A DNA stretch of 64,000 bases, taken from the NCBI GenBank assembly GCA_963921275.4, contig OZ001293.3:6336001-6400000 (forward strand). Direction: 5' to 3'. Made by a program: the position numbers and the translations under genes. Below, piece by piece: positions 45,024 to 56,476 of the stretch. Positions within the stretch are counted from its first letter, which is position 1, and the number at the start of each line of letters is the position of its first letter. Source of the DNA: an uncultured Hormoscilla sp. (GTDB lineage: Bacteria; Cyanobacteriota; Cyanobacteriia; Cyanobacteriales; Desertifilaceae). The notes under the pieces were generated by a model. That model did not search any database. It saw nothing but the letters and a program-made list of their open reading frames with translations, and was not told the origin of the DNA.

Positions 45024-45639
45024 ATATTTTTGTGGGTTAGTATTTCTGGGTCTGGTCGTGACTGGCTGCCTGCTGCTGACCTAATCAAATTATCTACTAC
45101 TATATTGCCCAGAACCGTGGAAATTCCTTCACTTCAGACAATCTTCATCCTGCATATTGCGATTGTCAAGATTTGGTCAAATATGACAGCCGGATGCCGG
45201 CGATATGCATATTAGGCCGCCGGTAATGTCATTATTCGGGCCTAAAACCCATTTCAAAAAAAAAATCCTCAAATTATTGCAGATGGGATTTTTTTTGTTA
45301 GAATCTCAAATATAGATAAATATCGGTAACAAATCGGAGACGATCGCCTAGTCAATAGCGCGATCGGACCGAGAAAATCAGGGCTCGTCAAGTAGACGGG
45401 AAAATCTCACAATTGATTGGCATCAGGGCATCTACCAGAAAGAGCTCAGGGGTATCCATAGGGGTATCTACCAATGCCAATGCAATATCAGGTGCAGGCA
45501 CGGCAGAAGTGCCTAATTATCAGCATTACATGGCCTGTTGGGTTAAGACATCAGGCTGGAGGAGACTGTCAACTAATAACCAGCGGTGCTAATTGGGCAT
45601 TTGGCAGGGACACGTGAGGGTCTGGGTGGAAACTCTGCC

Positions 45640-45748
45640 TCCGGATCCTCCTGTGGATGTGCCGGAACCCTCGGCTGGATTGGGTCTTTTGGCTGTGGGT
45701 GCTTTGGGTGCTGTTTATGGTCTGAAAAACAAGAAAAACAAAAGCTAA
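45640..45748 (+). pseudogene. PEP-CTERM sorting domain remnant
   Basis: DVPEPSAGLGLLAVGALGAVYGLKNKKNKS*; no intact upstream ORF. Confidence 0.75.
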
Positions 45749-45937
45749 CAGGTTAAATAAACCATGAGGCGGCAACTATGGACTGTTGGCGCTGTCCCTT
45801 CCCCTCAAACTCTCTGGCAGTTTGAGGGGTTAATGTTGCTAGCTGGCGTGAGCCCCCATCCACCCCTTGACCACAAAGAGAAGGCAGGTCACAGCTAGCA
45901 ATCAGACAGGTACGTGGTAATATGTAAAATCACATAG

Positions 45938-46050
45938 GGCGTTGTACAATCACGGGATGATGGGTCTCTTTGCATAAGTCTTAAACGTATACTATAAGCC
46001 ACTTTTAGTTATGTGCAAACAATGGCATCATCCCCAAAATGTGCAACGCC
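45938..46050. mobile_element. 113-bp MITE, copy 1
   Basis: GGCGTTG...CAACGCC IRs; 8-bp target duplication TCACATAG. Confidence 0.9.
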
Positions 46051-46071
46051 TCACATAGATATCAAGAAGTC

Positions 46072-46184
46072 GGCGTTGCACAATTACGGGATGATGGGCA
46101 TAGTTGCATAAGTCTTAAACCTAGACTACAAGCCAGTTTCAGTTATGTGCAAAAAAGGGCATCATCCCCAAAATGTGCAACGCC
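46072..46184. mobile_element. 113-bp MITE, copy 2
   Basis: Same IRs; 8-bp target duplication AAGAAGTC. Confidence 0.9.
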
Positions 46185-46226
46185 AAGAAGTCAAGTATTT
46201 GTAACAATTGTTAAAATTAAGGGGAT

Positions 46227-46742
46227 ATGATTTCTGGTATTTACAGCCTCGAAGAACTACAACAGATTATAGCGACCTACCCGGAAAATTGGCGTCCCCT
46301 GGTGCTGACTAATGGCTGTTTCGACCTGCTGCATGTTGGACACCTGCATTATTTGTCGGTTGCTAAAGCCCTGGGCCGATCGCTCATTGTGGGCCTAAAT
46401 AGCGATCGCTCCGTCCGCCAGCTGAAGCAGCACCGGCCAGGAGAACCGCCGCGCCCGATCGTCCCGGAAATGCAGCGGGCGGAACTCCTCTGCGGACTAA
46501 AACCGGTGGATGCCGCGATCGTTTTTGACACCCTGACAGCGGTATCATTAATTGAAGCACTCAAACCTGACATCTATGCTAAAGGAGGGGACTATACCAT
46601 TGATACCTTACCGGAAGCACTAGCAGTTACAGCTTGCGGTTGCCGCCTGGAATTGGTCAAGGTGGAAAGTCCCACTTCTACCAGCGCTATTATTAACAAA
46701 ATCTTAAATTTCAGATCAATTGAGTCGGTCAAGAATTATTAA
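46227..46742 (+). CDS. RfaE domain II-like adenylyl/cytidylyltransferase
   Basis: TNGCFDLLHVGH, GLNSD.SV, KGGDY, STS.II. Confidence 0.92.
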   Translation: MISGIYSLEELQQIIATYPENWRPLVLTNGCFDLLHVGHLHYLSVAKALGRSLIVGLNSDRSVRQLKQHRPGEPPRPIVPEMQRAELLCGLKPVDAAIVFDTLTAVSLIEALKPDIYAKGGDYTIDTLPEALAVTACGCRLELVKVESPTSTSAIINKILNFRSIESVKNY

Positions 46743-46746
46743 TTTT

Positions 46747-47466
46747 ATGAGTGACCAAGCTACCAGTTTAGCATCAAATCCTGACCTAGATCGCCTGGAA
46801 ACCCAGTTAAGATCTGGTAAGGCAAAGACCCAGCTGCAATCGATTCCCCAACTAGCTGACGCCGGTGCAGATGGAACGCGCCTGTTGATGGAATTTTTGC
46901 GCGATCGCCTGCCCGACAGTCAGCCGACCCCCATTGATGGTAAAGTATACCAAACTCTGCTAGCAGCGTCCGACACCCAAGTCAAGGAGTTTCTGCAAGC
47001 TGATTTTCCTACTGGAATCGTGCCCCTGGCGTCCGATCGCGACCTAGACTATACTCAGTTGCAGCAACTGCTGGCTAAACTTGACTGGCAAGCAGCCGAT
47101 CGTCTGACCAACCAAAAGCTATGTGAATTAGCCGGGGCCGGGGCGGTGCAGAGAAAATGGCTGTATTTTACCGAAATAGAAAGGTTTCCCATCACTGACT
47201 TACAAACTATCAATAGTCTGTGGTTAGTCTACTCTGAAGGCAAGTTTGGTTTTTCCGTGCAGCGAGAACTTTGGCTGTCGGTGGGCAAAAACTGGGACAA
47301 ACTCTGGCCCAAGATTGGCTGGAAGTCCGATAATAATTGGACTAGATATCCCCAGGAATTTACCTGGGATATCACCGCACCCAGAGGACATTTACCTTTA
47401 TCTAATCAACTGCGAGGCGTGCGGGTGATAGCTTCCCTCCTGACTCACTCCGCTTGGGATACTTAG
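46747..47466 (+). CDS. gun4: GUN4 (Ycf53) Mg-chelatase regulator
   Basis: N-terminal ARM-like region; DY..LQ.LL, LW..YSEGKFGFSVQ, AP.GHLPL.NQLRG. Confidence 0.92.
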   Translation: MSDQATSLASNPDLDRLETQLRSGKAKTQLQSIPQLADAGADGTRLLMEFLRDRLPDSQPTPIDGKVYQTLLAASDTQVKEFLQADFPTGIVPLASDRDLDYTQLQQLLAKLDWQAADRLTNQKLCELAGAGAVQRKWLYFTEIERFPITDLQTINSLWLVYSEGKFGFSVQRELWLSVGKNWDKLWPKIGWKSDNNWTRYPQEFTWDITAPRGHLPLSNQLRGVRVIASLLTHSAWDT

Positions 47467-47602
47467 TTATTGTCGGTGCATTACCCGCGATCGCTGCGCG
47501 AAAAGTCTGTCAAGTCTTCTTTAGTAGCCGTTACATAATACTTACCCAAAGTTACCCACAACTGGACATCTTTGGAACTTACTTCCTGCGCCCTCTGGAA
47601 AG

Positions 47603-48682
47603 CTAAAGGTTTTTGACTAAGCGAAAGCCAATGTGAGTTGTGCCAGTATCGGGGGCTTGAGACTCCCGCGCTGCTGGTCGATAGCGACTACAATAATTCT
47701 TGGCGCAGAGGTAAGAGCCACCTTTAATTACGTGCATTGCACCTTCAGTGGGTTTTTTCGGATCGAAACTCTCAGCCCGATCGGGTCCTAGGGGGTTGAG
47801 ACTGTGACTTTTGCCTGAGTGCCCCACCCGATACCAATCTGAGGTTAATTCCCAAACATTTCCCGTCATGTCATAAAGTCCATAGCCATTGGGGGGAAAG
47901 GATTCCACCGGTGCAGGACCTAAATAGCCATCCTCTTTCCTGTTGAAGAAGGGAAAGAGACCTTGCCAGGTATTGGCTTTTTTAGCCGAATAACTTTCTC
48001 CCCAACTGAACTCTTTATCTTTCAGGCCACCCCGGGCGGCATATTCCCATTGGGCTTCCGCAGGCAGAGATTTGCCCGCCCACTTGGCATAAGCAACGGC
48101 ATCATCGTAGGCTATGTGAACCACGGGATGGTTATCTTTGCCGACGATGCTGCTGTCTGGACCATAGGGATGTTGCCAGTTGGCACCGACCACCCAATGC
48201 CACCAGCTTAAATAAGCAATCTGTTGTATCCCTTCGTCGGGGGGCTGAAAGACGATGGAACCGGGTTGCAGTTGCTCGTCGGTTAGATCGGGAAATTCGG
48301 CTTTCGGCAGGGGGCGTTCGGCAATGGTTTTGTAGCCCGTAGCTTCCACAAATTGCCGGAATTCTGCGTTGGTGACTTCGTGGCGATCGATACAAAAACT
48401 ATCCACCGTCACATCTCCCGCAGAACTTTCGGAGGGATAGTGAGTATCAGACCCGATGGTAAAAGTCCCTCCCGGAATGAAGACCATGCCTTCGGGACAA
48501 GAGGGATCTGAGGAGGCAGATTCGATCGGTGCCGCATTCCCAGGGGTAGAGAAACCCAGAAATAGCGATACCGCCAGATAAATCAGGGTAAATTTATGGA
48601 TTAAATGGGAAACCAAAGTCACGATCCTCAATAGTTTTTGTAGTTTCAGGGGAAGTCTAAATGGTCTTCTTGCTGCTGGCAT
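47603..48682 (-). CDS. Formylglycine-generating enzyme (SUMF1 family)
   Basis: EVTNAEF, HPVVH, EAQWEYAARGG, GLYDMTGNVWE, KGGSYLCA.NYC.RYRP, HIGFR. Confidence 0.93.
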   Translation of the reverse strand: MPAARRPFRLPLKLQKLLRIVTLVSHLIHKFTLIYLAVSLFLGFSTPGNAAPIESASSDPSCPEGMVFIPGGTFTIGSDTHYPSESSAGDVTVDSFCIDRHEVTNAEFRQFVEATGYKTIAERPLPKAEFPDLTDEQLQPGSIVFQPPDEGIQQIAYLSWWHWVVGANWQHPYGPDSSIVGKDNHPVVHIAYDDAVAYAKWAGKSLPAEAQWEYAARGGLKDKEFSWGESYSAKKANTWQGLFPFFNRKEDGYLGPAPVESFPPNGYGLYDMTGNVWELTSDWYRVGHSGKSHSLNPLGPDRAESFDPKKPTEGAMHVIKGGSYLCAKNYCSRYRPAARESQAPDTGTTHIGFRLVKNL

Positions 48683-48903
48683 ATAATAGCTACATATTCA
48701 AACCTTTGGCGATTGAAAAACTACGATAAAATTATCAACCTGAGTATCATGTAGTTTGAATATTATTCTGAATCTTATGGGTTGTTAACGTCTAATACAA
48801 AATTAATGCCAGTTCCTTGTACAAACCAGAATCGATTCTCGGCTAATTTTTGTGCGATCGGATGCCGTTGCTATACCAAGCTTCGACATCCGATTTCTAA
48901 TGG

Positions 48904-50559
48904 CTAGCTGTCTAACTCAAGCTTGACTTGTTGAATAACCTCCTGAATGATTCTGTCCCAAAATCCTTCCTGAGTTATTAATCCTTCCTGACTCATTTCT
49001 TCGTCAGATTCGTCCGACGCAGGAGACAGATCGATCGTCACCTTCTCAATGGTGCCGCCTGTAAACTCAAAGGGCGGGTCGTAATCCTTATCGTTGCTAG
49101 TGGGAGACATCAAATCCATACCCACATCCTGGGTCTCGATCCCGAAACGCGCCGGAACGGTTTTCTCAATGTGCGTTGACACTGGATCCCCCCCATTGAC
49201 AGACAGGGTCGCCTTGCCGCCACAGCCAATTCCAGCGGAGCAGTCATTGCCGTCGTAGTCAAAGGTAAACTTGACCTCCACCTTACCATCCCCCAGCGGC
49301 TCCGGGGAAGTAAGAACAGTTCGGTCAGTGTCGAAGTAGTTATATTCGTAGACTACCTTGTGGTCGGTATTGACATAGAGCGTATAGCCCCCGGTGATGG
49401 CCCCATTGGCCAGAATCACGCCCTGAACCTTATCTGGCTCGATCTTTGTCAGGTCTGCGGTAATCGTATGGGAAACGTTTTTGGTGTTGGGCGCAGAGCT
49501 TTCTGGCAGCCGCCCCGCTCTGAAACGCGATCGTCAAGAGGATAAACGTTATATTTGTTGGCTTCGATCTCAAAACGTTTCTGCATTTCCTCTAGCTTCT
49601 CTGGGAAGTATCCAGACAGATCGTCATTCTGGGTAAAGTCCTCCTCTATATTGAACAGTTCCCAGGGGTCATCGTAGAACGGTTCGGTGCCAGTTCCTAT
49701 CCAGGGGTCCCGATGGAAAGCGGAGGCCATCCAACCATCATTGTAAACGCCACGATTGCCGAACATTGCAAAATACTGGGTGTCCCGTTTGGCCAATGCC
49801 TCTGACCCATTGTGCTCGAAGGTATCGGCAAAGCTGGCCCCTTCGAGGGGATCCTGGGGGATGCCATTGAATACATCGGGGGCTTCAATGCCCGTGACCT
49901 CCAGCAGGGTTGGGGTAACATCAATTACATGGAGGAACTGCGATCGCATATCCTCCTTCCGGTCGCCCTTTGCCTTGATATGAGCAGGCCAGGAAATGAC
50001 CATGGGATTGCGGGTGCCGCCAAAGTAAGAGGCGATCTTTTTAGTCCAGCGGAAAAGACTATCCAGGGCCCATGCCCAGCCCACCGCATAGTGGGGAGAG
50101 GTTGTGCGACTGCCCCAGCTGTCTTTGCAATCTAGGTTTTGGTTCTTGAATATTGCCAGTGGCAGCGGAGTGGTGGTTGCGACCGGTAAGTAAAGCGGCC
50201 CGGGTGGGGGCACAGAGGGAGGTGGTGTGGAAGCGGTTGTAGCTCAAGCCCTCCTTCACCAGTTTGTTCAGGGTGGGGGTGTGTATCGGCCCCCCAAAGG
50301 CTGAGGATGCGCCAAAACCAACGTCATCCAGCATCACCAGCATGATATTGGGTGCGCCCTCAGGGGGTTGCGGCCCGACCATGATATTGAAATCTGCTTT
50401 CGAGCGCTTGTAGCTTTTTCTGATGGTGCCGGTAAATTCCGGATCCGGGAGGGGCAGCCTGTCTCCGTCGGCCATCGCGAACGGGGCGCCTGTCCCTAAG
50501 AACAGGGAGGCGGCGATCGCCACGACCACCACCAGCCGCCAAATACGATTCAAACTCAT
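48904..50559 (-). pseudogene. Arylsulfatase, internally deleted and frameshifted
   Basis: PNIMLVMLDDVG, CAPTRAALLTGRNHH (CxPxR), GGTRNP, HVIDVTPT, WELFN..EDF, split over three frames. Confidence 0.9.
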
Positions 50560-50922
50560 TATCTGAAACCTCATAATCTGTTTGCGGTCAAGATTTCGGG
50601 TTATTTGCAATCATCTGACTCTACCGTTTGAGCCAGGAATCATCCCATGCACGCTGCGCTACGGTTTTTTGCAGGTAACCGCTAGATCTGGCCATTTATT
50701 GACTACGTCAATAGTATGACTTGACCTCAGTCCATAGTAGGATATCAGGATTCATAAAGTAAAGTTTTTAAAAAAACTTTACTAATTCAATTTCAAGTGC
50801 GATATCCGCAGCCACCGGTGGTGTGGAAGCAGGCAGTCAAGCCAGATCGAATTCATTACCATTTTTGGTACAGTAGGATGCCGAAGCGATACAAAACTCC
50901 GACATCCTAATCTCTAATGGCT

Positions 50923-51535
50923 AGCTAAGTAACTTTTGAGTTACTTAGCGAGTAACCCCCTGAATGATTCTGTCCCAAAAATCAGAATTACTCAGATCTT
51001 CGGAAGCTTGAGGGGAATCCAGGGTATCATCCGAACTATCCAGAGTGATGGTAAGTTGCTTCAGGTTGCCCGTAAACTTAAACGGCATGTCGTCAGCATA
51101 GTCTTCGACAATTGGTGTTCCCGTGTCGAAGCCAACCACAAAGTTCTCGTCCTGAGTCATGCGGTAGGGAATGCTGTTCTCCACTCGTCCCGAACCAAGG
51201 GACTTGCCGTCAGCATAGAGGTCACGGTTGCACCCGCCCCGAACGTATTAGGATCGTCACTCTTGTAGACTGCCTTCAGAGTCACATGGGTAGGCAAAGT
51301 CACAATTGGCCCAGGGATAGTGAACGCAATCTCATACCGATCTAGCCCCACCCAATTGTAGTGGTAGACCAATTTGCCATCCTTAACAAACAGACCGAAG
51401 CCGCCAAAGCGCCCCCCTTCAGTCACCAGCATTCCTTCATCGTCGGCATCAATTGTCACTTCCGCAATAATCGCATGATCGACATTCTTGAGGTCGGGAG
51501 TTGCACCCTCTGGTGCTTGAAAGCCCGCAGTATAG
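50923..51535 (-). pseudogene. C-terminal fragment of a second arylsulfatase paralog
   Basis: GGRFGGFGLFVKDGKL.Y.YN, VGFDTGTP, PFKFTG; tail FWDRIIQ shared with the first copy. Confidence 0.8.
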
Positions 51536-51799
51536 CCAATATTTTTGTTCTGGAGTCGGACATGATGGGTACTATCATAGACTTTGAAGATTATATGGAT
51601 GCGAATGCGCTAGCAGGAGGTTCTCAGGGCCTCGATACCTGGATTAACTTTGAAGGGGAAACCCTGGCTACCCTGCAGGGGATTTCAAAGATTTACGTGA
51701 GCGATCAGAATAGCACTCCTCTCCTACCGACCTAGAGCTCAGCACCGCAGCATTGCAGGGGACGAATTGTGGCCGTCAAATCTTGCGGTTCCCGCAGCT

Positions 51800-52476
51800 C
51801 GGCCCCCCTAATTTACTACCTGGGCCGCCTCTTATCGTAAAATAATTGCTACATAGGTATCCGAGATAATCTCACCATCTCGGAAAGCCGTATCCCCCCG
51901 ATACACGGGGTTAGTCAGCCACCGCCGTCCTGTAGAAACCGATATCTTCTTGCCATATCTCTTCTCCAAATAGCGCACCGCACCTCGCAAAGAACCATAC
52001 AGCAGAAATTGTGCAAAAAAATCCTTCACTACTGGCGCCGCCGCCCGATCGATCGCATAGCTATTTTTACCCCGCTTGTATCCGTAGGGTACTTTACCCG
52101 GTGGCGGTTTACCTTGCAGGCGTTTGCGGGCATGTCCTTGACGAATGCGGCGACTGCGCTGGTAATATTGTATTTCCCGTAGCAGTTGCAGGACATCTTT
52201 GCGGTTAACTTCTGACTCTGTGGTAATAATATTAATGCCGAGAGATTCTAGTTCCTCTAGATGTGAATTTACTTCCTCCACCGAGTCCCCCAATTCTTCC
52301 CAGCGTCGAATTAACAGATAAGTCGCGGGTGTCGTCCGACAGTCACTCAACATTTGTTGCAACTGTTGACGCCCGCCCGCATCTCTATAGACCCGATCGA
52401 CCTCCCAACCCCAAACCCCAGGGTCCAGGGGCGGTTCTAACAGAGGGTCGCAGTAGGAATAGGCAATAATTTTCAT
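51800..52476 (-). pseudogene. Serine recombinase-family protein, truncated
   Basis: IIAYSY.DP, PPGKVPYGY, WLTNPVYRG; ILR*EAAQV and then the C-terminal half is lost. Confidence 0.8.
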
Positions 52477-52493
52477 ATGTGAAAGGTCAGAGG

Positions 52494-53671
52494 TTATTGG
52501 TAAGCTAGCAAGAGTTCGACGTCGGGAATCTCGGTTTTTACATAAGGGGGGTTTTCTAATTGCTTGGAAACCCGCAAATCTAAGACCTCTTGGGGGATGC
52601 TGCCAGTCAGTTGGTTATCGTTCAGCAAGAGAAGTCGCAAATTGGAAAGATTCCCTAACTCCGTCGGGATGCTGCCAGTCAGTTGGTTGGAGTCCAGCCA
52701 GAGAAACTCCAAATTAGAAAGATTCCCTAACTCCGTCGGGATGCTGCCAGTCAGTTGGTTGGAGTCCAGCCAGAGAAACTCCAAATTGGAAAGATTCCCT
52801 AACTCCGTCGGGATGCTGCCAGTCAGTTGGTTGCCGTCCAGCCGGAGAGACTCCAAATTGGAAAGATTCCCTAACTCCGTCGGGATGCTGCCAGTCAGTT
52901 GGTTGGAGTCCAGCCGGAGAAACTCCAAATTGGAAAGATTCCCTAACTCCGTCGGGATGCTGCCAGTCAGTTGGTTGAAGTTTAGGATGAGCCTTATCAC
53001 CCTGTCGTTAGCTACCGTCACCCCACGCCAACCATTAACAATAGAAGCTTCGGGGGGAGTTTGGCTGTTGAAATTCCAGCTAGCCCAGCCTGTATTGTTC
53101 CTCCAAGAAGCCCCATTGGTGCTTTGATAGAGAGCCCTTAAGACCTGATACTCCTGCTGGGGGGGATCAATATGCCCCCATAGGCCATCTGAGCTTCTGC
53201 GGACAATGCTAAGGGAGTTTTCATCCCCGGAGTTCGCCACTCCAACTTCCAATTTCCGCCCCGGGCTGCTGCCCCTGTCCGGGTAGTAGAGGCGGCGAGG
53301 GATGCCCCGGTTAGGGCCTGTAGCTTAGTCATCAACTCCTCTCCTGCATCTCCGGCGGCGACGTTACAGCCGTAGAGTAGGAGTTGTTTTACCTTCCACT
53401 TCTGCAGGGTAGAGGCGTAATCTCCTAGAGTATCTAAACTCAGTTGGGAGTTTCCCAGATACAGACAGCCAGGGCTGCCGTGGGAGAGTAGGTGCAGAAC
53501 CTCGGTTTCTCGATGCTGTCGGAGAAGTTCGCCGATCTGTTTGATGCCATCGGACCGAAGGTCTAAGAGGAAAGATTTGGCCCCAGGCCGGATGCCGTCT
53601 ATAAGCTGCTGGTAGTTTTCTAGGGAGGCATCCACTACTACCATGGTGTTGGCATTGGTATTATGCTTCAT
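52494..53671 (-). pseudogene. DUF4347 + leucine-rich-repeat protein, frameshifted and probably truncated
   Basis: HGSPG, LYGCNVA, GGNW.LE (DUF4347); 24-aa LRRs NQLTGSIPTELGNLSNL as 72-nt near-identical repeats over ~52595-52980. Confidence 0.85.
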
Positions 53672-53689
53672 TTTTGGTTCTGAATTCAT

Positions 53690-54116
53690 TTTTCTGTCGA
53701 GGTGCTAGTTCGCATTGCTGGGCTTCAAGACGTTTCAAAACCCGTTCGTCAGCATCAGAAGCTTTGTCTGCGAGTAACGCATCAGCCTTAATATTATCAA
53801 GTAACACATCAGCCCCTTCCAAATCGCTCGGGTAAGTCCCGCCAAGGTATCCCAGCTCTATATCGATACAAGACAGCATAGACAAATAAGCGGTTATCCT
53901 TAGCTGTCCCCCCCACATAACCCTCCCAACCTGGCAATAGGTCCCTGATTCTCTCCCACTGGTCATCTCTTAAAGCATAGCGACGCATTTCTCAAATTCT
54001 CCTGCTCTAACCTTTACCCTCTTATATCACACCAATATATCCTGGTTGTCAACTCAATCATCTTGTTATATATTTTTGGTGGGACCCATATCGTTAATCT
54101 AACTGATGACACACCC
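53690..54116 (-). mobile_element. IS5-family remnant related to 5163-6035
   Basis: EGADVLLD...LLADKA.DA..RVL; IR-like TGATGACACACCC at ~54104-54116. Confidence 0.7.
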
Positions 54117-54151
54117 GTTAGTGGTGCGTCAAATTATGTATCTCTTGGTGT

Positions 54152-54651
54152 CAAATGTGATAGAATAGGCTCCAAAAGCAAGTCTGGTCCGTCTGCATGC
54201 TTCTCAGAAAAAAAATGCCCTCAATATTGCGGTTTGGGTTAATCGGCATGGTGTTGGTTTTGCCGATGAAGAACTTGACCCCTATCAAAAGACTGAGTCC
54301 CCAGGGAGTATCGAGGACACAAAGCGTCGGGAGTTGAATGCACTGCCAGTTAGTTCTCAAACAGGTGAACAGGTGGATATATCTGCTGAAGCGGCGCCCG
54401 AGAAATATCTTGACCACAGCAGCTTGACATCTGATGGACAGAGTGCTGAATTAGATAATGGTATTAGGGCCCCAGAACCAGAGGATTTAGAAAAGTCTCA
54501 AGTTAGTGGTGCTAGTGAGAGTCTGAAGATATTGCTGTGCCGCACCTTGGCGCAGATCCATGGCCGGCAGTTCTCGATTCAAGGAAATGAGTCCTCGGGC
54601 TATCGATATGTGGTAAGCTTGCCCAAGATGACTAAAGAGGAGGGAAAATGA
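54152..54651 (+). pseudogene. C-terminal remnant of a sensor kinase-like protein upstream of ictB
   Basis: LCR.LAQIHG..FSIQG...SGYRYVVSLP, a degenerate HATPase end; 5' part lost at the IS remnant. Confidence 0.55.
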
Positions 54652-56024
54652 GACTGTGGCAGAACGTGACTCTGTCCGAACTGCAACTGGATCGGTGGCA
54701 CTATGGCAGCTATTTGTATCGGTTGGTGGGTGCGATCGAGGCTTGGCGTCAGGGTAGTTGCTTGATGCAGTGGGCGGATCTGATTGGGATTGAGTTAGTG
54801 AGTTTGATCTTGGCACTGGCACCTTTTGTGCCCAATTCCTCGATCGGCCTGCTGTTGATTGCTAGTGGCGGTTTTTGGGTGCTGCTGACTCTATCCGATC
54901 CTCCCCAGGGGCGGACATTCTCTCCTATTCATTTGCTGGTTTTGCTTTACTGGGCGATCGCCACTATTGCCATGGCTTTATCACCTGTAAAGGCCGCCGC
55001 TTTTACGGGTTGGGTGAAACTTACCCTCTATTTGCTGCTGTTTGCTCTAGGGGCGCGGTTGTTCCGATCGCCCCGTCTCCGTTCTTGGTTGATCGGGCTT
55101 TACTTACATGTTGCCCTAATTGTCAGTGTATACGGTTTGCGGCAATGGTTTTTCGGTGCCGATGCGCTGGCGACTTGGACCGATCCGACCTCAGCTTCTG
55201 CTAATACTACCAGGGTTTACAGTTACCTGGGCAATCCTAATTTGCTAGCTGGCTATCTGCTGCCTGCTGTCATCTTTAGTCTAGCAGCTATAGGACTCTG
55301 GCGCGGCCCTATGCGTAAGGCTTTGGCCCTGACCATATTTATTTGCACCTCCCTCTGTCTAGTATTTACCTTCAGTCGCGGCGGTTGGATTGGTTTTGTG
55401 GTCGCTATTACTGCTTTGGGACTATTCCTAGTTTACTGGTTCAGTATCAAGATGCCTCCTGTTTGGCGCAAGTTGTCCCTGCCGATCGCCCTAGGGACTT
55501 TGGCGGGGTTATTCATTTTTACCGTCTTGTTTGTGGCACCCGTGCGCGATCGGGTCTTGAGTATCTTTGCAGGTCGCAACGACAGCAGTAATAATTTTCG
55601 GCTGAATGTTTGGGCGGCGGCGATCGATATGATTAAAGCCCGTCCCTTCCTGGGTATTGGTCCTGGCAATGATGCTTTTAATAAGATCTATCCCCTGTTC
55701 CAACGTCCTCGCTATACCGCCTTGAGTGCCTATTCCGTCTTGCTAGAAATAGCAGTAGAAATCGGTTTAATTGGTTTAACTGCCTTCTTGTGGCTCCTAG
55801 TTGTTACCTTTAACCAGGGTTGGATACAATTGCAGCGTCTGAGACAGTTGGGAAGTCGCCAGGGATTTTGGTTGATGGGGGCGATCGCCACTATACTAGG
55901 TATGATGGCTCACGGCGCAGTCGATACTATCTGGTATCGCCCCCAAATCAATACTCTCTGGTGGCTGACCGTGGCCACGATCGCCAGTTATTATCTGCCA
56001 CCACCGCAGACAGATGACAACTAA
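54648..56024 (+). CDS. ictB: IctB family (O-antigen ligase-like) membrane protein
   Basis: ALATW.DP.S, RVYSYLGNPNLLAGY, SRGGW, DSSNNFR.NVW, GIGPGN. Confidence 0.95.
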   Translation: MRLWQNVTLSELQLDRWHYGSYLYRLVGAIEAWRQGSCLMQWADLIGIELVSLILALAPFVPNSSIGLLLIASGGFWVLLTLSDPPQGRTFSPIHLLVLLYWAIATIAMALSPVKAAAFTGWVKLTLYLLLFALGARLFRSPRLRSWLIGLYLHVALIVSVYGLRQWFFGADALATWTDPTSASANTTRVYSYLGNPNLLAGYLLPAVIFSLAAIGLWRGPMRKALALTIFICTSLCLVFTFSRGGWIGFVVAITALGLFLVYWFSIKMPPVWRKLSLPIALGTLAGLFIFTVLFVAPVRDRVLSIFAGRNDSSNNFRLNVWAAAIDMIKARPFLGIGPGNDAFNKIYPLFQRPRYTALSAYSVLLEIAVEIGLIGLTAFLWLLVVTFNQGWIQLQRLRQLGSRQGFWLMGAIATILGMMAHGAVDTIWYRPQINTLWWLTVATIASYYLPPPQTDDN

Positions 56025-56270
56025 ACCTTTAGTTTATCCCTTACAATTCAACATCCATGAGGGGATAGATAGCACCCTGATGATTTTGCAACATCGATTG
56101 AAAACCAATAATAAACGTCCTCAGATTAAAGTGGTTAAAGAATATGGTGATATCCCGCCAGGCTCCTGCTATCCTAGACAACTAAACCAAGTGTTTATAA
56201 ATATCCTTGCTAATGCTATTGATGCTCTTGATGAAGCAAATCGTTCTGTTGAAGAACTAGAGAGTCGGTG
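56014..56270 (+). pseudogene. Histidine kinase fragment
   Basis: IHEGIDSTLMILQHRLK, QLNQVFINILANAIDAL, then repeat-derived sequence. Confidence 0.75.
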
Positions 56271-56476
56271 CAGTAGAACCATACCCTCGTTACCGTCGGG
56301 GTCTCCCTGGGAATGCTCAGTCACGAGGCAGCTGCCTCCTGTGAATGAGAAAAGCTGCCTCAGTTCACAAGAGGCAGAGCCTCAGACTGCTCGTTCCCAG
56401 GGAGACCCTAGGAACGAGGAACGAGGAAAAATTGAGATGCACCCTTCCCAATTTTGAATTTTGAATTTTGAATTGC

